Shown: positions 46,993-55,780 of the stretch, in pieces
Layout of the letters: the number at the start of each line of letters is the position of its first letter
Position numbering within the stretch: position 1 is the first letter of the stretch
Virus record (IMG/VR): IMGVR_UViG_3300044846_005309
Span: 55,784-119,783 of that record
Direction: 5' to 3' (one strand)
DNA length: 64,000 bases
From: a virus
Program-made: the position numbers and the translations under genes
The notes under the pieces: model-generated
The model's database searches: none
Told to the model about the DNA's origin: nothing
Seen by the model: only the letters and a program-made list of their open reading frames with translations

Positions 46993-48216
46993 CTATATTC
47001 CCCCTACAGTTACTTTATAAGTTGGATCTTCAACAAATTGGAAAATATTACGAGCATTTTTTAAGAGTCCTTGCAAAGTAAATTGCACTCTATAAGCTTC
47101 AGGAATCATTTTTATATAAGGACTTACTGCTCCGTTTTCACTAACTTCTCCGGTATCTATATTAATTAAACGAGTAGTACCGACATTAGTAATACTAAAA
47201 GACTGAACATAGCATATAGGCAATTGCTTATAACCAGTTACAGTTGCACTATATAAACACGGCGGGTCTAGCAAATTAATACCTTTTCTATTTGCTAAGT
47301 TTTGATATGTAAGCAAATAACAAAATTCCCAATTGCGTCTAATATCTTTTACATCATGCGTGTTTAATAAATAAAAAGCTACTTCTATTTTATCAGAATC
47401 AGTACCTGTAAACGATTGAGGTACTTCTCTGATTACAAGACCGCCACCTAAAGATAAGGCTGCTGTTGTTGCTCCAGTGTAAAAGTCTTTTAACCCTGAA
47501 ACAGCGTTACCACCATCTCCTCCTTTGCTCGGGGCAGCAGTAGGGCTACCTTTACCTTTCATTCCTTTAAACATTTCTGCTAAACCACCACCTGCTTTTA
47601 TAATACTGTCTTTAAGGGCAGTAGACTCTCCCCACGAGTTATTAGGAGAAGCCATATTAGACGCGTTTAAGTAAGGCAAATTATAAGTCCAACCGGTTGG
47701 ATCTAAAGCGTAAAGGCCGGTATATGGTTTGAGACCGCTTTGTTCATCCGCACCGGAAACTAAATCTTGTTGAGCCGCTCTATTTAAAGCTTCTTCATTT
47801 GCTTTTGCGGCTGTTTCATTTGCTTCCTGTCCTAAACCCCCAAAAAGTGTTTTTAGAGAAGCTAATACTGCTTCTCCGGACTGTTGTATAGCTGTACCTG
47901 TTCTTTGTATATTAGGTACAAATTCTTGTTTTATTACGTTTAAATTATCTGCCTCGCCCCTTAACATATATAGAAAACCTGATACTTCGCTTGAAAGTGC
48001 AAGTTTATATTCTGTTAGCTGCAACATTGGCACTATCTCTCTCGCGACAGGCTGCGAAAGAGTCCAGCGATATGCTCTATGCACATCTACTAATCCAGGT
48101 ATACCTCTACTAAAGTGCGTACTATCCTCATTTTGAGGGACACTAATGTTTGGCACTAGTTTAGGGGCACCTAGTTTTTGGAATTCTTTTTTATAAAGAT
48201 TTGCTTCGTATGCCAT
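46993..48216 (-). CDS. baseplate/tail-tube cap-like structural protein
   Basis: Position in the baseplate module; C-terminal PPCLY...IPEAYRVQFTL; assignment tentative. Confidence 0.4.
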   Translation of the reverse strand: MAYEANLYKKEFQKLGAPKLVPNISVPQNEDSTHFSRGIPGLVDVHRAYRWTLSQPVAREIVPMLQLTEYKLALSSEVSGFLYMLRGEADNLNVIKQEFVPNIQRTGTAIQQSGEAVLASLKTLFGGLGQEANETAAKANEEALNRAAQQDLVSGADEQSGLKPYTGLYALDPTGWTYNLPYLNASNMASPNNSWGESTALKDSIIKAGGGLAEMFKGMKGKGSPTAAPSKGGDGGNAVSGLKDFYTGATTAALSLGGGLVIREVPQSFTGTDSDKIEVAFYLLNTHDVKDIRRNWEFCYLLTYQNLANRKGINLLDPPCLYSATVTGYKQLPICYVQSFSITNVGTTRLINIDTGEVSENGAVSPYIKMIPEAYRVQFTLQGLLKNARNIFQFVEDPTYKVTVGGI

Positions 48217-51209
48217 TAAATTAGTCCTCTAGAATAAATTAATTTATGTCTATACTTATTACGCTCTATATACGGTATATCTCTTTCAGAGCTATTTTGA
48301 AATATATTAGTAGTAGTTGAGCCGCCAGTAATTGTATTCACACCAGCAACAGTGGAATTATCAATAACTTGAGATTGATTGTTATTATTTTTCAAAGTTT
48401 CTATTAAAATTTCAATTTTTTCTACTAGTTCTGAGCCGGGCATACCAGGTAGCTTTGAGAGCGGAGATTCAAGTGGCAGCTTAGATTTAGTATCAGGCTT
48501 TAAAGGTATTACCGCTTCAGTGCCGTGTAAGGTCATATCATAACCTTCTTCTGGACCTGAATACACCCCACCGAAACGAGCTTTTGTAGATGGGATAGAA
48601 GTTTCTACTTCTTCGTAAATGTTAAAAGGATTGTTTTTATACTGTAATTTTTCTGTTGTTTCTTTGGTAAAAGCTATAGCTTGACGCTGAGCGCTTTTAT
48701 CTTTTCCCATAATTCTATCCCCTGCAGTTACGTAATTATTCCAAAGAGTTTGTTTCATGTCTTCACTTAACTCTTTACGAGCTTTTATTTGTTTTTCGAA
48801 CCATTTTAAATTGTTATTTAATTCAGCCCAAAGTTTTGGCTCAAAGCGGTCTTTGTTATCTTCTTGAAGATAATCTTCTTTTAACTGGGTTAATATTTTT
48901 ACCACATCTTTTGACGGCTGTTTTTGTTTAGAATTTTTTGGCTGTATTGTTTGTTTTGCTGTACTGATTTGATCTGGGGTTAAGTCTCCTACTTTTTTAC
49001 CGCTTTCAGTATTGCCAGTTTCGTTAGAATTTGAATTTAAAGGTACAATGGCTTCAGTACCGTGCATTTCTACAAGGTACCCGTCTTTTGAACCAGAAAA
49101 TACACCGCCTGTCTTGCCTTTAGGTATTTTATTTTGCACCGGGTCAGTGTTCATAAACCCAGGCATGTCTGCAGTAGGTTCATTAGCCTTAACCGGTATC
49201 TCATTACCTGGCAGTTCTTTTGATGAGTAACGACGAGCCCATTCATCATTTTGTTTTTGAGCAGAGATATAACCTAACGGAGAATTAATTTTTGGTTTAA
49301 TTTTCCATGTTTTTACATCGTTGCGTTTATATTGCTTTGCCCACGCTCGCATAGCTACATCATTAGAAGAGCTTTTAATTTGGGAAAAAACAGACGTTGA
49401 TTTTGCTGCTGTTGAATCTTCTGCTTCAGGCTCAATACCTGCAGGTTGTAGCCAATCTGGTTCTGTCTTAGCAGCAGACGGAAGTGCCTGTTCTGGGGAA
49501 GAAGCTGTTGAAGACTGAGCTGGGCCTGGAGCATTAACAGACGGCCTTGCAACGGCTGCAGCCGCTGCTCGAGTTTGAGGTGCACTTACAGCTGGAGCGA
49601 CTGGCGGTCTTGATGCTGCGGCCGCCGCTGCTCGAGTTTGAGGTGCACTTACAGCTGGAGCGACTGGCGGTCTTGATGCTGCGGCCGCCGCCGCTCGAGT
49701 TTGTGGTTGAGCTGCAGCTGGTGCTGGAGCGGTTGGTGCTACAGGAGTTGCAGGTGTTGCATCTGATTGACCTCCGCTTTCACTATCTAACCCTAAAAAT
49801 TTTGAAACTTTATCTATGATAAAATCTGGAACGAAAGGCAATTTTTTAAGAAAATTTAAAGTACCTTTCATTAAGTCTTTAAACTTGTCAGAGAGATATT
49901 TGGTTAAGCGGGATAGTAAACTACCTCCAGAGCTTTTAGGTACATCTATAGCTTTTGCGGGGTCTTCTTTACCGCCTTCTTCCCCGCCAAACATGTCTAT
50001 AACTAAACCTACACCACTTGCAAGTAATGATACTACTGTGCCTGCGCCCGGGAAGAAACCAGCAACTCCAGCAACTGTATCTAATAGCCCTTTAAATATA
50101 TTACCTGATTTAAAATTTGTAAATGCGCTAGCAAAAGAAAACAAACTACCTATTACCGGTAAGAATTTTAATTTAGATAAAACTTTAGGCGCAAACTTTA
50201 CTACTGCTTGAGTTAAAATTGATAATATACTTCCTTCTTTAGTTGCTTCTCCTTTTTTAGAGTCTTCAGTTTGCCCGGTTAAATCTCTTGCTGCGTTAAG
50301 AAAACCTAAACCAATAGATATAGCGGTACCAATTCCAGGCACTAAAGTTGCAACTCCTGATGCTAAATCTATTACCCCGCCTATAAAATCTCCTTCCTTT
50401 ATACGGCTGATTGCCGAACCAAAATCAATAATAGTACCTATTATCGGTAATCTTCTAGCTATAGGTTTTATGAATTTTATTAGAGATGGAAATAATTTAG
50501 CAGCTTCTAAAGCTAATTTTTTACCGAATATCATTGTACCGAGTTTACCAAACTCTTTCATAAGACCCTTAAAGGGTCCATCATTAAACCAACTACCTAC
50601 CGCTAAAGCTAAAGCAGCAGCTAAGCCACTTGCTAAGGGTAGTAGTTTTTTACCAAAAACACTTGAAAACAAACTACTTGCATCACTATCTCCACCACCG
50701 CCTTTTTGGGTAATTTCGTTTTTACCTTTCGCGCTTATACTAAGAGTTTCGAAAATCTTCTTTAAGTCATTTAAGACCTCTGGTTCTATTCTTTTAATTA
50801 TTACAGGCTGAGGTTTTATTTCTTTTAAAGCTTCTGCAGCTTCTTCCCCTGTAGTATCTTCTCGATCAGGTTCGTTTTTACTTTTTGCACTAGCACCAAG
50901 AGTAATAAGAGCTTTTCTTAATTCTTCATCGGTAATAATATTAGTACTATCCTTTTTAGATGTAGCTGTAGTTTTTTGCTGTTTTTTGACAAACTTTTCT
51001 ATTTTATCATGTATTTTAGATAAAAAGTCTGTTTGTAACTTATTCTCTTCTATTAAACTTTTTATCGTAGCTGTAAAATTAGCCGGTATTTGTATTTTAA
51101 CAGGTTTATCTGTTTTCTCTTTCGCTTCTTGTACAATATCAGCTAGATCCGATTTCTTAGCGGTTTTTTTCGGTTTAGGGGTATTTTCAGGAACTGCATC
51201 CTCAGCCAT
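48216..51209 (-). CDS. tape-measure-like protein
   Basis: Repeated amphipathic KxLPxIG/PGxGT segments, Ala/Pro linker, two GGVxSG..GY....HGTEA..PL motifs; tail-module context. Confidence 0.55.
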   Translation of the reverse strand: MAEDAVPENTPKPKKTAKKSDLADIVQEAKEKTDKPVKIQIPANFTATIKSLIEENKLQTDFLSKIHDKIEKFVKKQQKTTATSKKDSTNIITDEELRKALITLGASAKSKNEPDREDTTGEEAAEALKEIKPQPVIIKRIEPEVLNDLKKIFETLSISAKGKNEITQKGGGGDSDASSLFSSVFGKKLLPLASGLAAALALAVGSWFNDGPFKGLMKEFGKLGTMIFGKKLALEAAKLFPSLIKFIKPIARRLPIIGTIIDFGSAISRIKEGDFIGGVIDLASGVATLVPGIGTAISIGLGFLNAARDLTGQTEDSKKGEATKEGSILSILTQAVVKFAPKVLSKLKFLPVIGSLFSFASAFTNFKSGNIFKGLLDTVAGVAGFFPGAGTVVSLLASGVGLVIDMFGGEEGGKEDPAKAIDVPKSSGGSLLSRLTKYLSDKFKDLMKGTLNFLKKLPFVPDFIIDKVSKFLGLDSESGGQSDATPATPVAPTAPAPAAAQPQTRAAAAAASRPPVAPAVSAPQTRAAAAAASRPPVAPAVSAPQTRAAAAAVARPSVNAPGPAQSSTASSPEQALPSAAKTEPDWLQPAGIEPEAEDSTAAKSTSVFSQIKSSSNDVAMRAWAKQYKRNDVKTWKIKPKINSPLGYISAQKQNDEWARRYSSKELPGNEIPVKANEPTADMPGFMNTDPVQNKIPKGKTGGVFSGSKDGYLVEMHGTEAIVPLNSNSNETGNTESGKKVGDLTPDQISTAKQTIQPKNSKQKQPSKDVVKILTQLKEDYLQEDNKDRFEPKLWAELNNNLKWFEKQIKARKELSEDMKQTLWNNYVTAGDRIMGKDKSAQRQAIAFTKETTEKLQYKNNPFNIYEEVETSIPSTKARFGGVYSGPEEGYDMTLHGTEAVIPLKPDTKSKLPLESPLSKLPGMPGSELVEKIEILIETLKNNNNQSQVIDNSTVAGVNTITGGSTTTNIFQNSSERDIPYIERNKYRHKLIYSRGLI
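49561..49703 (-). repeat. 63-bp tandem repeat (PQTRAAAAAASRPPVAPAVSA) x2 plus partial copy
   Basis: Near-exact duplication 49561-49623 / 49624-49686, in frame. Confidence 0.85.
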
Positions 51210-51244
51210 ATTAAATACTTAGGTATGCAACGTAGCTTCAGGTA

Positions 51245-52030
51245 TTAACTTATCGAAAACATACTTGCATCTATAGTAATATCTACAGCTCTGACGGTAC
51301 CGTCTTTATCAATCCCTTCGAACCGCGTAACCTTGCGTTGCTGCTCAGCAACATCTTCAAGATAGGTTATTATACCACGTACAACAGAAGCAGGTAGTTT
51401 TTCTAGAACTTGATACTTTTTACCAAATGTAAGATTTTTATAGTTTATATCCTGAGGTTTGCCGTCTATAACAATACTTATTTCTTTAATAAATTTAGAA
51501 ACTTCCCCCATGAAAGCTTCTCCTAAAGATTCATTAATAGTAGTATCCTCTGTTCTTTTTTCCCTTAGTTCTCTTTCAAGTTGATATTGTTCGAATAGAG
51601 TAGGAGCTCCGACTTTAATAATAAAACTATCTAGCGTAAAAACGGTGCTTTCGGGTATATTTATTTGTAATGCTCTTTCTTTAAAAGTAGCCAAATTAAT
51701 TTTATACTCTACCCCGTCTAGTTCTGTGCTATATTCTGTTCCATAACCGTTAATACGGTACTGCAGTAAAATTGATAAACTATCGATAGTCGTAAGCTGA
51801 TTAAGAATTTCTTTCTCGGTACAATTTTCAGTAATAATACTATATGCTGCCGCTACAAAACGAGATTGAAAAATAGGATTATCTACCGCGGCTTTCAGTA
51901 TAAGCTTTTGCTGGCCTGTAGTTATACTTTTAAACTTTACTTCTCTTTTTAAACTAGGTACATATAAAGAAATAGTATTTTCTTTATTAATTGCATCTAA
52001 AACTGAAAATACGCTATTAATATCATTCAT
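51245..52030 (-). CDS. baseplate hub assembly protein (gp26-like)
   Basis: VPSLKREVKFKSITTGQQK, LTTID..ILLQYR. Confidence 0.6.
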   Translation of the reverse strand: MNDINSVFSVLDAINKENTISLYVPSLKREVKFKSITTGQQKLILKAAVDNPIFQSRFVAAAYSIITENCTEKEILNQLTTIDSLSILLQYRINGYGTEYSTELDGVEYKINLATFKERALQINIPESTVFTLDSFIIKVGAPTLFEQYQLERELREKRTEDTTINESLGEAFMGEVSKFIKEISIVIDGKPQDINYKNLTFGKKYQVLEKLPASVVRGIITYLEDVAEQQRKVTRFEGIDKDGTVRAVDITIDASMFSIS

Positions 52031-52063
52031 AAAAACATTTAGATTTCAACCCCTGTTTGTCAA

Positions 52064-52984
52064 CTATCCGTTTAAATTAAACTGAGATTCGGTAAAGCTA
52101 CCTATAGTGCTTTTAGCAGGCATTTCACTATTAGATTGTTGGTTTTCTTGCAAGTATAAAGACCAGTATAAGTACAACTCCGCTGGTGCTAATTTATCTA
52201 AATAATCTCCTTGAAAGTTTAATTTTGAAATTAAATTGTAGTTAAGTTTATAAAAATTATTCAAATCATCAGTAAAGAGTAATTTATTAATATGCAAAAG
52301 AGTACGAATATCTGTTGAGAGTGGTATGTCGACTGCCGGGATCTTACTGAACGGAGATTCTATATAAAGCAATTTATTTCGAGTTAAAGTTAGTTCAGTA
52401 TCGTAAAGGTTTTTAATAATTTTATTGTTAATATCAGCTGGTAAATTTTCAATTAATTTGCAACGTTCTTCGAAATTAATCTCGTTAAATTTTAAAATCT
52501 TACCCTCAACATTTATTTGATCCACGCTTGATGCTAACTGGTATATATACAAATTTTCAATATTCTCAGTTAGAAAATACTTTTCGTCTCTTGCTTTTAC
52601 TATAGAATGGTTAACCTCTATATTCTTATAGGTTGTAGTGTTAGTATATTGTATTTCGCTAAGCTTATCAAAAATAGTATCGAGTTTAATTGTATACTGA
52701 AATTCTTTACTAGTTTCCTTACAAACGGCATTAACCTTTAAGTCCGGATTAATGCTTACTGCCCGGGCATTTACTAATAATATAAGCTTATCAATAATAT
52801 TAAGTCCTTCCTGAAGTATCCCAGGTACTATTTGTTCAACTACGTAGTTTGAATGTTGTATAAAAGAAGAACTGTCATTGTTATAAAGGGATTTAATTAA
52901 ATCTTTATAGTCTTTTGAGTTTATTTCTTTTGCCCAGACTAATTTATTAAATCCAGGTAATTTAACACTATAAGTAAATCCCAT
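52064..52984 (-). CDS. baseplate hub assembly protein (gp26/gp51-like paralogue)
   Basis: LNIIDKLILLVNARAVS; C-terminal YKLNYNL...LAPAELYLY. Confidence 0.5.
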   Translation of the reverse strand: MGFTYSVKLPGFNKLVWAKEINSKDYKDLIKSLYNNDSSSFIQHSNYVVEQIVPGILQEGLNIIDKLILLVNARAVSINPDLKVNAVCKETSKEFQYTIKLDTIFDKLSEIQYTNTTTYKNIEVNHSIVKARDEKYFLTENIENLYIYQLASSVDQINVEGKILKFNEINFEERCKLIENLPADINNKIIKNLYDTELTLTRNKLLYIESPFSKIPAVDIPLSTDIRTLLHINKLLFTDDLNNFYKLNYNLISKLNFQGDYLDKLAPAELYLYWSLYLQENQQSNSEMPAKSTIGSFTESQFNLNG

Positions 52985-53040
52985 TTAATTTATTTATTAC
53001 CAAATAAAAAAACCTCTACTATCCGATAGACTGTCTTATA

Positions 53041-53742
53041 TTAAAGCGACTTAATTGTATAGTAATTATACGCCCATTCAGTAGCTACGGTTTTAGTATC
53101 AGCCCGTCCCCATGTAAGGGTTTCTGCGTCAAAAGAAGTAGGGGCGCAATCAAAAAAAGTATATACTTTACGCAAAATTTCTCTTTTGTTAGCGCGACTG
53201 TTATACATCGCAACAGTTATATTAGTTTTAATATTATAATTTGAATTTTGATTACGGGCAAATAACCCATAATGGGAAACAGCAACAACCCATGGTCTTA
53301 AAACTGTATCAATAAAAGAGTCAGTTGTTTCTAAAAAAGTTACACGAAGCGGTCCTTTACTCGCACGAGCTGTACTTACTACCCCAGACATTATACCGCC
53401 TGCTAGGTCTCCAAACTCTTCCGCAAGCCCCACTCTTTTAGAGCCAAGAGATTCATTAGGTAAAGTAATTCCATTAGCAAAAAAACATTTCTTATTGTAG
53501 GTTTGTCCTTCTAATTGCCCTGTTAGTTTTGCACCTGTGTTAGTTATTGTCCATTTATTAGGCTCAAATTGAGAAATTTGTTCATCGGTAAATGCCTTTA
53601 AACCGTTAGGAAATGAATCAATTGAGATTATAAAATTTGAATTTACCGGTATGCTAGTACTTGGATCAGACAAAAATTGCTGAAATAGGGACAAATCAGA
53701 CTCAGGAGAATCTGGATTGGCTTTAGGTCCGAGTATTTGCAT
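53041..53742 (-). CDS. tail-tube-fold protein (gp19/gp54-like)
   Basis: ITLPNE, VTFLET, YTFFDCAP, WAYNYY. Confidence 0.6.
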   Translation of the reverse strand: MQILGPKANPDSPESDLSLFQQFLSDPSTSIPVNSNFIISIDSFPNGLKAFTDEQISQFEPNKWTITNTGAKLTGQLEGQTYNKKCFFANGITLPNESLGSKRVGLAEEFGDLAGGIMSGVVSTARASKGPLRVTFLETTDSFIDTVLRPWVVAVSHYGLFARNQNSNYNIKTNITVAMYNSRANKREILRKVYTFFDCAPTSFDAETLTWGRADTKTVATEWAYNYYTIKSL

Positions 53743-53773
53743 ATATTTGTATTAATCTTTTTAAAACTAGTTT

Positions 53774-54544
53774 TTAAGGCCCACGGCCACGTAAATTTGC
53801 TAATTCGTTTAACGATTCGCTAAGTTGCTCTACAGCATTTAAAATTGGCTGAGTTCTAGCTATTTCTCGCTCTATACGTTGTCTAGCTCTACCCTGCAAA
53901 TCATCTAGTACTTTATCTCCTGTACTCTCCTCAGGAAGCCCTTCTACCCCTTGGGTTAATTCTCGAGTGCTTGTTAGTCCACGTGCTACGCCTACACCAT
54001 TACCTACTTTTTCTGAAACCCAATATTGATAAGCTATATTGGCTGTTACGTCTTGTACTGCCCCGGATCCTGTCATATTAAAGTTTATAGGTCCGACGTT
54101 TGTCACGAAACAACCTAATAAATTATAAGTTATTATTGGGTTTAATTTGTCGTCGAGTAAAGCTAGAGTAATTTTATATTTTTGTAAATCTCGAGGCCTT
54201 AAAAACCCTGCAGATGTTTCTTGATCGAAAGTGTCCTCCATGGACTTTTCAAAAAGTTTTCTAAGATTATAATCTTGCGAACAATAAAAAGTCGCGGTCC
54301 AATTACTAGAACTATCGAACATTACATCTCCGGGTATATTAAAATTTAACCCCATAAAAGCAGCATTTTGCACGGCAATACTCTTACCGGGCAACGTTGC
54401 AGTTTTAAGAAATACTAAATCCTTTTCTTCAATTTGATCTATACCGTTTACAATAAAACTTATTATTCTCAATTGATAATCTCTTGCAAAATTACGGGTA
54501 CTGGCTTGCTGGTAAAAGTCTTGTATTGTCTGATTAATTGCCAT
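53774..54544 (-). CDS. tail-tube-fold protein (gp19 paralogue)
   Basis: QTIQDFYQ, TATLPGK, WTATF, YNLLGCF, IAYQYW. Confidence 0.7.
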   Translation of the reverse strand: MAINQTIQDFYQQASTRNFARDYQLRIISFIVNGIDQIEEKDLVFLKTATLPGKSIAVQNAAFMGLNFNIPGDVMFDSSSNWTATFYCSQDYNLRKLFEKSMEDTFDQETSAGFLRPRDLQKYKITLALLDDKLNPIITYNLLGCFVTNVGPINFNMTGSGAVQDVTANIAYQYWVSEKVGNGVGVARGLTSTRELTQGVEGLPEESTGDKVLDDLQGRARQRIEREIARTQPILNAVEQLSESLNELANLRGRGP

Positions 54545-54566
54545 GTTCTATAATACTTATTAACGA

Positions 54567-55100
54567 TTATATTGTATTGTCTGAAATAACGTATTGAAAG
54601 GCTAGATTGACAGAGCAGGTTGCTAATTCGCCCCCGTTTCCGACTGAAAAACCCATAGAGCCAATTCCAACAGGGTAACATCCAACTAATTTGTAATTTC
54701 TTATTTCTTTTAAATAACTATCAAGCAATACAAATTCTATATCTGATAGAGAAGTAGTATTAATATGTTTATGCTCGTCAAATGTTTGACGACTCCAAGA
54801 TTCTAATATATCTCTTAAAACAAATTGAGAATCACAATAAAACGTTACTGACCAGCTAGTACTCTCAGGGTAACTAGAAGTCATAGGTACGTTAAAATCA
54901 AATGCCTTAAAACTTACTGAAGAGTAAGAAATATTACGGGAAGGTATAGTACCGCCTTGAGCGTATATTAATAAGTCACTATTATTTTCATTAAATACCC
55001 CGGTAATGTTTTTTATACGAAAAGTATTAGTACGAGCAAAACTACGTGTTACTGCCGTCTGGTAAAAATCTTTTATTCCGTATCCTTGGGGTGGGGCCAT
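54567..55100 (-). CDS. tail-tube-fold protein (gp19 paralogue)
   Basis: IKDFYQ, TIPSR, WSVTFY, YKLVGCYP, LAFQY. Confidence 0.7.
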   Translation of the reverse strand: MAPPQGYGIKDFYQTAVTRSFARTNTFRIKNITGVFNENNSDLLIYAQGGTIPSRNISYSSVSFKAFDFNVPMTSSYPESTSWSVTFYCDSQFVLRDILESWSRQTFDEHKHINTTSLSDIEFVLLDSYLKEIRNYKLVGCYPVGIGSMGFSVGNGGELATCSVNLAFQYVISDNTI

Positions 55101-55125
55101 TTAATATACTTAATACTTGAACAAT

Positions 55126-55153
55126 AAAAAAGCCTCACTTTCGCGAGGCTTTT
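55126..55153 (-). terminator. intrinsic terminator after the tail tube gene
   Basis: On the minus strand AAAAGCCTCGC-GAAA-GTGAGGC followed by a T-run. Confidence 0.8.
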
Positions 55154-55186
55154 GTTGCAAACTATAATTTAAAGCACTACAGACTA

Positions 55187-55759
55187 TTAAAGCTGTATTC
55201 CAATATTAACCTGAAGAGACGACTGTGTTACGAAGTTAACGTGTCTCCAGTAATGGTAAGCTAACGTTGCAGAGAAGGTAGTAGGAGCCCCTGCACCGGT
55301 GGCGTCATAACCTTCAATAGCACCTAAGCCTACAATATAAACACCAAATAGTCTATAAACGTTGACTACATTTTGTTTATCATCAAGCTGCTCTAGTTGA
55401 ATAACTTTATCAGTACCACGTGTGTAAAGATCGCCTGTACTGGTTGCGTCATCAAACACTCCGTTAATTTGCCAATTTTCTAATTTACTGCGAATAATGC
55501 CTCTTAAGTCATTACGGAACGTGACGCTCCAACTTTCAGACCCCGGGTACGTAACAGTACCAGGGGTGTTGAAGTTTAGACCCATATAAGGCACGGCTTG
55601 ATTGGTGATCTGACGGTTCGGAAGCTGTTTTGTAGTTATATATACAAAATCATTTTCGTTGAACGTGTCTTCTCCTATAGAGGTAACACGCATCATAAAG
55701 TCACGTGAAAAACCTCTGGTCTGTGCTACTCTGTAGAAATCTTGAATTGTTTGTGACAT
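55187..55759 (-). CDS. major tail tube protein (T4 gp19-like)
   Basis: Directly after the sheath gene; QLPNR, WSVTFRND, LENW, YRLFGVY, LAYHYW. Confidence 0.8.
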   Translation of the reverse strand: MSQTIQDFYRVAQTRGFSRDFMMRVTSIGEDTFNENDFVYITTKQLPNRQITNQAVPYMGLNFNTPGTVTYPGSESWSVTFRNDLRGIIRSKLENWQINGVFDDATSTGDLYTRGTDKVIQLEQLDDKQNVVNVYRLFGVYIVGLGAIEGYDATGAGAPTTFSATLAYHYWRHVNFVTQSSLQVNIGIQL

Positions 55760-55780
55760 ATTGTTTAAATACTTAGGTTA

